From Ostrea edulis (lineage: Eukaryota), in assembly GCF_947568905.1 (NCBI RefSeq), contig NC_079166.1, positions 54,002,001-54,066,000 on the forward strand: a stretch of 64,000 nt of DNA, written 5' to 3'. The position numbers were made by a program, and so were the translations under genes. The notes beneath the pieces are model-generated. The model saw only the letters and a program-made list of their open reading frames with translations. It searched no databases and was not told the origin of the DNA. Within the stretch, counting starts at the first letter, position 1; each line of letters starts with the position of its first letter. Positions 9,369 through 19,473 of the stretch are shown one piece after another.

Positions 9369-10229
9369 AAAATATTGACATATAGCCGAGTTGAACAACT
9401 TATTGATAGTCTTGGACACGTTTGACACTATTTCCCTCTTTGTTGATTGGTCAGCAAATCGAAATGATCTTATTCAAAGTGTGTGTGACGGTACATATTG
9501 TCGTCCGGTGTTGCATGATTTAGGAACGCTAAATACATACCTATAATTCTCGTTCCGGGTTATCACTAACGTTCAAGTTAAGTTCTATAATATGTAAATG
9601 TAAATTTATTTTAATATACCAATAGGCTTTGGTATGCTTTTCTTCCCAAGTGTCTGTTATTTATTTATTTATCTTTACAGATTACTCTTGAAAGTTTTGG
9701 TATTAATAATACCATATCTTGGACAGAATTAAGCACCAAATACTGGATATAGGTCTATACTCCTCCTCCCCCTTCCCACCTCTTCAATTTAACGATATTC
9801 TAAAATGTGTACGTTCTTCGTAAAATCGAATAAACTAAACTTTGTTATTACAAGAGATATGATACAACCTTAAAACTCAGCCCATAATAAAGATTTTGAT
9901 ACCGTTAGCTTTACAATACCCTATTTATTACTTTTATTTTATCTGTTCAAATCTTAGGACCCCAACGGTAAGCACACATCCTACTTCCAGTAACTGCAAA
10001 AATGAAGGTCATTGATCCTTTAAACATGAATAAATTGATAATATCTGGTTATTCTAGTTTAAACAATGTTTTATTCAGAAATAAGTTGATATTCATGATT
10101 ACAAACTATATATTATGTATTATAAAAGATAGCGAAACAAGTCAGAAGACTTTTATTAATCTCACTCTCACTCTCAACATGTTACAAGTGAGAGGTCAAT
10201 GAAATTTCTAAGTATAATGTTTATATCAC

Positions 10230-10231
<2 letters not shown>

Positions 10232-10280
<49 letters not shown>
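10232..10280. repeat. (GA)n microsatellite
   Basis: Pure GA run, 4 nt shorter in copy 2 (39012-39056). Confidence 0.95.
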
Positions 10281-10287
<7 letters not shown>

Positions 10288-10438
10288 GGATTTATAAAAT
10301 TTTGAAGGGGAGGTTGTGATCCAAGTTTGTACTTTTTCTGCCCCAAAAGACCCTAAAATGACAAATAATATGACTAGATTTGTTGAACAAATTCATCCTA
10401 TAGGGAGGGGGAGTTGCAACCCCCGTAATCCGCTCCTG
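10281..10438. mobile_element. Small degenerate MITE (CAGTG.CGGAT-type termini)
   Basis: 5' cagtgacggattta and 3' taatccgctcctg are imperfect inverted termini, with G-rich/C-rich subterminal tracts. Also at 39057-39214. Confidence 0.5.
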
Positions 10439-10736
10439 GAAAGAGGGAGTACAGCACATGCAGTGTTATCCAAGATTTAAAGATAATTATATCGTTATTT
10501 ATTTATTCCTTTGATTTATACCCATGTACATGCATTTTTGTCAAAAGATATGTTTTTGAAAAGTCATGAAGCATTATACAATAATTGCTGTTTTTGAGGT
10601 CAATACGATGATTTAGACACCTGAGGAGTACAATATTCACCGAGCCCGAAGGGCTGAATTATTGTTTTATTATATGATTAAATGATTAAAAAACCCTTCA
10701 AGATTGTTCTTTGCTTTAATCATAAGTTTCAACGAC

Positions 10737-10841
10737 CTATTTTTGGTCCTATGTGGAAAAAATAATTCCTTATGTTCACCTGGAAGGTCTATTTTTGGTC
10801 CTATGTGGAAATAATAATTCCTTCTGTTCACCTGGAAGGTC
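10737..10841. repeat. 2 x 52-bp tandem duplication
   Basis: ctatttttggtcctatgtggaaa...gttcacctggaaggt repeated with a 52-bp period. Confidence 0.8.
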
Positions 10842-11021
10842 ACGTGCAGGTAAATATAACGTAGTATGATTTCTACATTGTTGGATCTCAGCCAATTAGA
10901 GAGCGCAAGATCGCGACTACTTTTTCCGTCTTGGTTTTAAATTTTACTTTCCCCTTTCAAAGTCTCGCGAGACCCAAAGTATACGAGAATTTGGGCATGT
11001 TCGTAAATAATACCAGTTCTG

Positions 11022-11355
11022 AAACACACCAAAAACATGCAATGGGATTTAATAAAAACTTGGTTTGTTTACAGGTACCACTCTGGATAAATCGAATGCA
11101 GGCCAAGAATGATATACGTTAATAATAGAGAGATTAAATTCAACACAAGTAAGTTTCCATTTTGTTATCTAAATGTTAAATTTTATACAGAACCGAGTTA
11201 TGCACCAGATGTATATTCTTAGTATTTGACATTCATTTACGTTGTGGTATTTAGAAAAAGTATTTCAAAATTTTCTTTCCAAGATCCACAAAGGTAAGAA
11301 TATATCAAATTAATATGGAAGTCAAATAGGAGTTTAAAGTTGTGCGAATTAATAT
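11022..11355 (+). repeat. 334-bp direct repeat, left copy (identical to 17188-17521)
   Basis: Base-by-base identical to 17188-17521 (offset 6166). Abuts the truncation point of the Penelope RT. Also at 39798-40131. Confidence 0.92.
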
Positions 11356-11660
11356 ACAAAAGTCGCACCTACCTATGCAACATTAACCCTATGTTATCTA
11401 GAACATAAGTTACATGATCAACTATGTACGTTGTGGGGGGCAGAATTTGCAAATAATATACAGTCTAAATGGAAGAGATATTTAGATGATTGTTTTATCT
11501 TGTGGGATGATGATGTCGATAAGTTATCGGAGTTTTACGATCTACTAAACCAAATGAACTCGAATATCAAATTCACGATGGAAACAGATGATACGCAAAT
11601 GCCATTTCTTGACGTTCTTATATTAAAAGAAAATACCAGCTTAAATACGGATATTTATTA
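11356..11660 (+). mobile_element. Penelope-like element, 5'-truncated RT fragment (left half)
   Basis: Translates TKVAPTYATLTLCYLE...KWKRYLDDCFILWD...QMPFLDVLI...NTDIY, i.e. PLE RT motifs including YLDD. Also at 40132-40436. Confidence 0.88.
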
Positions 11661-12156
11661 ATTAAAGAATCCGCCTGATAGATAAAACCAAAAAACTGGC
11701 TGTAATAACAGTCCATGACTCATTGCAGTGAATAACAGACACAAGCAACGTTTACCAATTTATTCATATAACAGCAATGACACATTCGGGATATACTGAA
11801 ATGGACAATATCGGCCGCATGTGAAAATTTTGTGGGGTAACTGGGGAGTCGCCCAGTGAGCCAGTTTAACTTAACTTGTAAGGGGTACACTGGGTGGCCC
11901 GAGTAAAACATTCAGTGCCCAGACCTGAACGGACGCCAGCGTTCTAAGGAGGTAAGCGAGACCCGCCCTTCTCACCCTGTCTCCTGCAGTGCTACCTGTT
12001 ATGTACATTATCATGTTGGACATAAGCCCCAAACATGCATCAGACTGTAGCATCCCCTCACTGAAGTGAGGTGGATGTGGGCCCAACCGTCCCCGGTGGT
12101 GGCCCCACTATTAGTTTACTTGTTCTAACTTGTACGACTTTTAGTACTGTAAATTG

Positions 12157-12980
12157 CAATCTGATTAAAACCAGATCCTGAGATCCGCTCACTTAGATCG
12201 CTACACTAGGATCTGACGTAACCCCATATAGGGTCACGTCCGCATGACCTTTCGTTAAACCAATGAAATTCACCCTGTCGATTTATACCAACGATAATTT
12301 TTCTCCCATGAACCTTTGCGTCATTTACGTTAGAGATGCAAAAAAAAAAAAAATGACAGACGACTGCACACCTGTCAAAACATGCGATTTAAACAACGTC
12401 TGTATTCTCTGCGGGTTTTCTTTCATTCAAACGCTAAAAAATCCCAATGGAGTTCACAATTCAAGGAAAATGGCTTCGATTGTTTGGTTTGAAAGAAAAC
12501 ATATCACAGCTAGATGCGACGTCACAATGCACCGTTTACGTCGACTGGCGTTATATTCCTCGCGTTATTTAAGTAGACCATCTTGAAAACTATTCAATTC
12601 GTACCCGTCCCTATTCATACATAAATCTGAATTCACAATTAATTTAATTTGGGTATATTTCATATCGTACGTTTTGTTGTTTGAATGAACGGAATAGATT
12701 AGGCATTATTGCGAAAGTTTAAAATTCGTTATGCGAGAATATACAACTTTACAGTGTGGAATAAACTTCGTGGGAGACAGATTGCAGCAATTTGTTTACG
12801 AATTGCCAGGAACCGCCTAAATAGCCATCATTGTCTGTATGGCGCAATCTGACTGGCTGATAGTTCTCATGAATATTCCAAGCGAAAGGTCATGCGGACA
12901 TGACCCCCTATGGGGTTACGTCAGATCCTAGTGTAGCGATCTAAGTGAGCGGATCTCAGGATCTGGTTTTAATCAGATTG
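12157..12980. mobile_element. 824-bp non-autonomous TIR element (AcademH- or Mutator-like) with 9-bp TSD
   Basis: 98-bp TIRs starting CAATCTGATTAAAACCAGATCC (3 mismatches). Perfect TSD TGTAAATTG at 12148-12156 and 12981-12989. Also at 40933-41756. Confidence 0.88.
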
Positions 12981-13909
12981 TGTAAATTGCCCCCTGCTTT
13001 AGAAGCAGGTGGGGGAAACAACCAGGTTTTGGAGCATAAACAGTCATCACATACCATTACCGACTCCCCAGTTCGGCCACAGACATTGGAACAATGTCCC
13101 CCACAAAAACTTGTAGGATTAAAAGCTGAGTGAAACTCAAAATACAATAAAGAATTACATGGATAAGAATAAGTCATTTGATCAAACCACAGTACTTGAA
13201 ACTGGAGTTGCACAAAAATTACAGTAAACGCACAATCGGCAAACAGCAACAAGCACGAAATGATAAATTACTTGTGCGGCGGGTAAGAAAAACCTTGACA
13301 TTTGAAGAAAAAGAAAAAAGAAATTCCAAGGCCGCTTGATATTGTTGAGAAATAATTGATTTCCCAAGACCGACATACAGACGAGTGCCATCTGTTCGGA
13401 ACAACTCAATCTCAGTAGCCTTGATGACATGGTTGTGTCCAATGTACAAACCTCTAACCTGGTTAGCCATGAATTTTTATCATGCAGCTATGGGCAACAT
13501 GCCAATATCTTCTAGGTACTGAAAACGTGTCGTGGGAGTGCCATCCGCATGAAAAGAGCAATATATAAGTAATGGGAGGGGGGCTATAAATATGCCTTAA
13601 TTAGTAGTGTTGGGCAGATAATTTGACAACCTAGGGGTTTGCCGGTTTGGATGGTCTTGGACCTATGTGAAAATACCAACGCTTGACCTCGCTGGTTTTG
13701 AGAATCTTGTGGATTCGACGATGACAAAACTCACTGACTGCGCAAACCGTAAAAATGCCAATGAAAAGGCTGCTGAAAAAATAAGACATGATTAAAAAAA
13801 AAAAGGCGAGCGACATACTGATGTTAAAACACGAAAGATTTTAACAAATAATTGGTAAGATATAGGAAGTCTTGATATATTGAGACACCTATAACCCGCT
13901 TGACACCTT

Positions 13910-14575
13910 CTAGGGATGAGAGAAATTTGATTGGTTGTTTATGTACATCAACCAGAATTCGCTGTGAATTTTGCCCCAAGACATAGCAGGATTGGAGGCC
14001 TTACGGAGTCGGAATTGGTCGTCATACTTTTGCCAATTTTGTGAACGATTAGCTGCAAGCCTTATATCTCGCATGTACTTAAGCATTTCTTGGGCCGTTT
14101 GACTATGTTGAAGTACAATGCTCATGTAAATCATGAAGGTTGATGTCCACTTTTCTATGTTCAAAAAGGAGTTAAGTTGGCGCTTGACTACGTATAGCTT
14201 GCCATTGACAAGTTGTAAATCCCCGTGGGACTCAAATTGCTCCAATTCCGTAGCAGATTTGAGTAGGACAGACAGATCAATAAATCCCCCCTCCCATATT
14301 TTTTGCTTGAGTTTAAGCGGGACATGACTGCCGATATCATCGTATGTAGATGTAAATTGACAAGGTAAAGCCAAGGGTAAATATGACGCTTGGTTCAACA
14401 AAAAATTGCAAGACTCACCCGGGTTATCCGGTGTATTATCGATTGGGAATCGAGGGACCTCCTCAGGGGGTTGTGCCTGCCCTTCTGCAGGGGCTAGTCG
14501 ATCCGTCCAAGGTGTGGTCGTGTGATTTGGACTTCGTTCCCGGAGTTGAGCTGTTGTCCGACGATTACGTTTCAT
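13910..14575 (-). CDS. gag-like ORF of the DIRS/Ngaro-type element (C-terminally truncated at the deletion junction)
   Basis: 221-aa ORF with the KIWxGxFIDLxxLL and YDxQFRL...W..I..E.WL pattern recalled for YR-retroelement ORF1. Also at 42686-43351. Confidence 0.65.
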   Translation of the reverse strand: MKRNRRTTAQLRERSPNHTTTPWTDRLAPAEGQAQPPEEVPRFPIDNTPDNPGESCNFLLNQASYLPLALPCQFTSTYDDIGSHVPLKLKQKIWEGGFIDLSVLLKSATELEQFESHGDLQLVNGKLYVVKRQLNSFLNIEKWTSTFMIYMSIVLQHSQTAQEMLKYMRDIRLAANRSQNWQKYDDQFRLRKASNPAMSWGKIHSEFWLMYINNQSNFSHP

Positions 14576-14915
14576 CCCGACCCCCCTGGCCGGGGATTTC
14601 TGGGTCGCTGCTCGTTTTTAGGTGGCATTCCTAATGCAGGAAAAAATTGTCAAAAAGCTATGTGTAGGGAATAAATCCAAAAAAGGGGAGAAAAAACTTC
14701 GGCCACGTGCTTGGTTTCCGCCTCAAATACAAGAATCACGTTGCTGCTTCGGTTGGAAAAAGTGTAATGAATGGGTTCGATCACAGGGAGTACCGAGTGT
14801 GACGTAGTGCATACAAATTAACTTGTACCATCTAGCCGCTAAAGTCACGTAGACCCGACCTACAGGGTGTATCAAAATTAATATGGACTATTTGATATAA
14901 ACTCAAATAATCTCG

Positions 14916-15986
14916 ATTATAAGCCCACAGATACCCACCAATACCTGTATTTCGGATCGTGCCATCCCCACCATACTAAAACAGCTTAACCATATAATCT
15001 CGCAAGAAGGATTTGTACCATTGTCAGCAATATCGATACGAGGGATATCCGCTTGGAGGAATTAAAATTGTATTTATTAAGCCAAAAATACCCAGAACAA
15101 CTTGTAGACGATGGAATAATGAAGGCTAAGGAGTGCGATAGGATACAGCTACTTTCAAACACACGATGTGCTAATGACGGAGAAATAATACCATTTGTAC
15201 ACACTTATAATCCGAGAAATCAAAACATCAATTCAATTGTTTATGAATTAAACAAGCTACTTGGGGAAGATGAACAAACAAAAGGCATATACAAGAACTG
15301 TCGTTTTATTAGCAGTAAACGCCAGCCCAAAAGTCTTAAGAGAATACTTTGTTCCTCCCAATTAGATGACCGTACTTATACAATGTCAAAGAGTACTCAC
15401 CCTCGATGCGGTACATGTGACTACATTACAAAAGGGACCAGTTATAATTTTAACGGACGAGAATTTAAAGTTAATGCTAACATGTCATGCGATACAAAGG
15501 ATGTCATATACGCCATCACATGTCCTGGATGCAAGGAATATTACATTGGTGAAACTGGCAACACTCTCCGTGCCCGTGTACGTGCACATAAGCAGCACAT
15601 CAGTACACCTGAATACAGACAAATCCAGTTAAGTGCACACCTGGAAACGTGTGGTAAAAAACGATTTAACATTTTCCCATTTTATAAACTCAGATGTGCC
15701 AGTGCTATTCAGAGATGGGAAAAAGAATAACATTTCATTGGTATTCTAAAGCCAAAACTTTTAATAGTCTTTTATAATTGCCTATGATTTTCCCGTACTT
15801 TTTCCAGATCATTGTTTTACATTATCCATGACGTCACAATATAGACATTTAACGTTCCGCTTACTTTGACGTCATAATCACTGTTACTATGATACTGCTA
15901 TGTATACATTTTTGTAAAGCTTCTGAAGATGTAATGAAAGCGCTAAAGCTTTACGGAGGATTTCTGTATTTTCTTTTCATATTTTT

Positions 15987-16026
<40 letters not shown>

Positions 16027-16148
16027 GAATAATTCGTCCTCCAAAAAGTGTGAAAAATACAAAAACATTTACCAACCATATTAATTTGATTTATTTCATT
16101 TTCATCATTATATTTATGGTGGCTCAATACACTTTGAACGAGTTTCTG
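14916..16148 (+). mobile_element. Penelope-like element, right half: RT C-terminus, GIY-YIG endonuclease and 3' terminal region
   Basis: YKPTDTHQYL..SCHPHHTK..PYNLARRICTIVS, then ORF 15053-15730 with CGTC...VIYAITCPGCKEYYIGETGNTLRARV (GIY-YIG). An in-frame stop marks decay. The 3' end coordinate is approximate. Also at 43692-44914. Confidence 0.9.
15914..15954 (+). ncRNA. Minimal type I hammerhead ribozyme in the Penelope terminal region
   Basis: GTAAAGCTT (helix I) CTGAAGA TGTAAT GAAA GCGC TA AAGCTTTAC (helix I'). Has a 9-bp helix I, conserved core, and 1-bp helix III with palindromic GCGC loop. Helix II is unpaired (U.U). Confidence 0.72.
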
Positions 16149-16276
16149 ATATCAATATTGAAAGATATGTTGGTATGTAATATGTAAATATGTCAAAAAG
16201 GCAAGAATATACAATTTCGGATTAATATGTGTAAATCATGATTTTCAAAAATGTATTCCAATAAAAATGAACAATA

Positions 16277-16343
16277 GGCTCTGGTGGATTTGAACACGAG
16301 ATCTGCGGGCCAGTATCCCTATACTTTATCCACTGGGCTGAGA
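16277..16343 (-). other. tRNA-derived sequence (SINE/MITE head or tRNA pseudogene)
   Basis: The reverse strand has an A-box-like AGCCCAGTGG and a B-box GTTCAAATCC at tRNA-like spacing. No intact cloverleaf is recognisable. Also at 45043-45109. Confidence 0.5.
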
Positions 16344-17187
16344 TGATTGACAAACAAATCGATCAATACATATAATTGCACGCAAAAACATTTGAATTAA
16401 CATCTTGTGACGTCGTGTCATAAACAGTTTAAGGCTTGGTGTTATGAACCACCTTAGCAATAAACAAAACAATTGAAATTGTTTAAATTTCCTTTCGTTG
16501 TACATTGAAAATCTTATTGTTGATAAAAGAGTCAGTCAGTCAAGTGCAGTTTTTAAATTTCAAGTATTATATATTTCAACTAAAGGTGCGATACATTCCC
16601 CTCAAAATGTTGGCTGTATCCAAAGCATAAATAAACATGAGCTGGTATTGAATTGTATGCAGTTTAATGTTGGATGAATGCCGTTGATCGATCAGATAGT
16701 CAAAAATTATATGCTTACTACAAGTCTACACCCAGACACATGTACATGTAGCTTTGTTATCATTCAACATATCTATTGACAATGACAGTCAAAAGTATAA
16801 TTTTATTTATTTTTAAAAGAATAAAGGCTGTAACAAACACGTTCACTTCCTAAGATTTGTGCCCTCTGTAACTGTAGAGGTAAATATGTTGAACTGTTGG
16901 GATTTATTGTGACTGTAAATAGGAACTGAATAGAAATTCTTTTATTTATGAAAACAATAGAGAACATAATTTTGGAAATTGTATGCAAATACTTTACAGA
17001 AATTCTTTGATAATCTGTAGCTTTCCTTTGAAAGATACGAATATCCATGCATATAACATTCGCTTTCAAGGTAACTGTAATAAAATTTTACGATCATTGT
17101 ATCTTGTTAAAATAATATTCAATGTATACAAGTATCGTTAAAGTGCAAAACTGAATGGGGCTTAATGACGGGCAATGATCGTATCCA

Positions 17188-17521
17188 AAACACACCAAAA
17201 ACATGCAATGGGATTTAATAAAAACTTGGTTTGTTTACAGGTACCACTCTGGATAAATCGAATGCAGGCCAAGAATGATATACGTTAATAATAGAGAGAT
17301 TAAATTCAACACAAGTAAGTTTCCATTTTGTTATCTAAATGTTAAATTTTATACAGAACCGAGTTATGCACCAGATGTATATTCTTAGTATTTGACATTC
17401 ATTTACGTTGTGGTATTTAGAAAAAGTATTTCAAAATTTTCTTTCCAAGATCCACAAAGGTAAGAATATATCAAATTAATATGGAAGTCAAATAGGAGTT
17501 TAAAGTTGTGCGAATTAATAT
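17188..17521 (+). repeat. 334-bp direct repeat, right copy
   Basis: Identical to 11022-11355. Contains ttacag|74 nt|gtaagt and ttccaag|10 nt|gtaaga splice-like signals. Also at 45954-46287. Confidence 0.92.
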
Positions 17522-17855
17522 TTAGGAACATCCTTTAAAATTGTGCAAGCATCTTCATGTAGTGTTTGTTTGATTTTGTTGCCACCATGACATAATGGGT
17601 CTGTATGGGGTCATAGAAGGTGTTTTAAAAAGTTTTCCATCGGATTATTTTAAGGAAAATGATTTTCTTTGAAAATGTTTTCACGATCACCTAGGTTGCC
17701 AAGTTTTTTTTTAAAGATTAATTATCATAGTATCAATAATCCCCAGTAGGTTTACTTTGTTCACGTCCGAACTGCTGAACCATTTTTACGTATGTGAAGA
17801 AAATACTGCAATATATTCTCTTCGAAAGGAGTTTAAAGCATGTACATATTTAAAT

Positions 17856-18440
17856 AAGAAAAGCGAACAGTAACAAATCTCTTACCTCGATGCTCAGGAG
17901 GAGCATGCATCCCCTGTTGACCAGTTACACTCATCTTGCGCCCTTTATCTTGGCCAGATAACGGAGTAATCCGTAGCCAAAATCAGTTTGTAAAGAAGGG
18001 CCTGACAATTGGTAAATGTATGAAACACACCAGATACCATTCAACCTAATCACAGTTTATAGTTGCAAATAACACCATTATAATAACTATAAACAGTTGA
18101 AAACCCTATAACATCAACTTATTTATCAGTAGCCTGTCTCGTACCCTGTAACATCAACTTATTTATCAGTAGCCTGTCTCGTACCCTATAACATCAACTT
18201 ATTTATCAGTAGCCTGTCTCGTTTTACAAATTCATCAAACATAAAGCATGTTCTCACGTATTGAATCAATTGAAAAAATAAACTTCATATGATGGAAATG
18301 GTGAAATTTACAGTAGCTGTATGAAGCTGACTTGTTAGTTTGTATTGTGTAAAACATTTATGAAACAGATGGGGAAAATTCTGTCGTGTTTTATTCCGAG
18401 TTCACTGGGGCATACTAACATCGATTCGACATATGAATAA
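17856..18440 (-). mobile_element. Decayed retroelement 3' remnant (PLE-type RT C-terminus), with an internal 3 x 40-bp duplication
   Basis: The minus strand reads PFPSYEVYFFQLIQYVRTCFMFDEFVKRDRLLINKLML*G, resembling the SQLIRYARAC...LTNKLM.QG thumb motif. 40-bp unit x3 at 18103-18222. Related to 24270-24600. Boundaries are approximate. Also at ~46622-47206. Confidence 0.6.
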
Positions 18441-19473
18441 ATGTACATCACTCTCATCCATTGATGATACATGCATTAGTATATGAATACTTTTCGTAAA
18501 ATGAGTAGCAAGTCATAATACATTCAAGGAAGATTTTTTTCTTTCCTTTTTGAAATAACTTGTTTGTGTCTGTGAATAGAATTGGTTATGCTAGTGTATG
18601 AATATTACAGGATCTCGGTGACTTCAATCATACAAACCAGCTGGTGGATCAAATATACATTGTAGTTTCCTTACTTCCCTCAGTCCATGTTTCAGTTTGT
18701 TTGTCAAATTACAACTGATTGTGAAATAATGAGAGTAATACATCTAGATTATTGAAAATCGTGCAAAGGTGTATGTTTCTTTATATGTTGAAAATCGTTA
18801 ATCATTATCGCTCTGATTCGCGTTTTAATTTCCTTATCACAAATTTGTAAACAGAATGTATTACAATATTAGTCATGAACAAATGCACTTAATGCCTCAA
18901 CTCTGTAATTGTTTTCAATTATAAACCTTCAAGAAATACCTAAAAATTAATTTTCTAGTACAAGGTGAAAGGTGTATCTATGAATTACACAGCACAGCAA
19001 TACACGTCCAGTATCATCAACGTATATAGACCAAAATACTCTTAGCATTAAGCGAAATAATTTGGATCGTATTTAAATCAAATTGAAAAGAAACACTAGA
19101 ATAAGTGTGTGTTTCTTAACAAAACTTAGATATACTATATACATATAGCTATTCATGTACTGGTACAATACGCATGACATAGTTGTAGAAGGATATTCAT
19201 TAGAGAAAAACATAATTGAGAATGCTTTAGATTGTAATGCTATTCTATTCATCTACTCGAATTGTAGACAAGTAATAGCACATCTCGTCACCGCTTTACA
19301 ATGATCACCTCAGATAACATACTTTGTTAAAATCTTATATAAATACAAACACATCATACATGTAAGACTTTATCATATAAGTGTCACATGCACATCCCTG
19401 ATGTCCCTTCTATTTCCGAACAAAAAACTTTAGCGGAATAGTTTAGACATCGGACTTCAAAATGTGTGTAAAA

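Larger units (their letters stand above)
11661..14915 (-). mobile_element. Internally deleted DIRS/Ngaro-type tyrosine-recombinase retroelement inserted in the Penelope RT
   Basis: Minus-strand gag-like ORF (DDIGSHVPLKLKQKIWEGGFIDL...YDDQFRL...SWGKIHSEFWL) joined at ~13913 to frameshifted YR motifs (LEGVKR, RLPIS, AFSLAF..GLR/VSE, SKTIQTGK 13638-13661, CPTLLIKAYL 13587-13616, DGTPTTR). Splits the Penelope sequence TDIY|YKPTD with ATTA on both sides. Also at 40437-43691. Confidence 0.82.

Noticed and set aside
12263-12586. 107-aa ORF as a host gene
   Set aside because: It lies wholly inside the 824-bp TIR element and crosses a homopolymer run.
16277-16343. Functional tRNA gene
   Set aside because: Only A- and B-box remnants; acceptor and anticodon stems cannot be folded convincingly.
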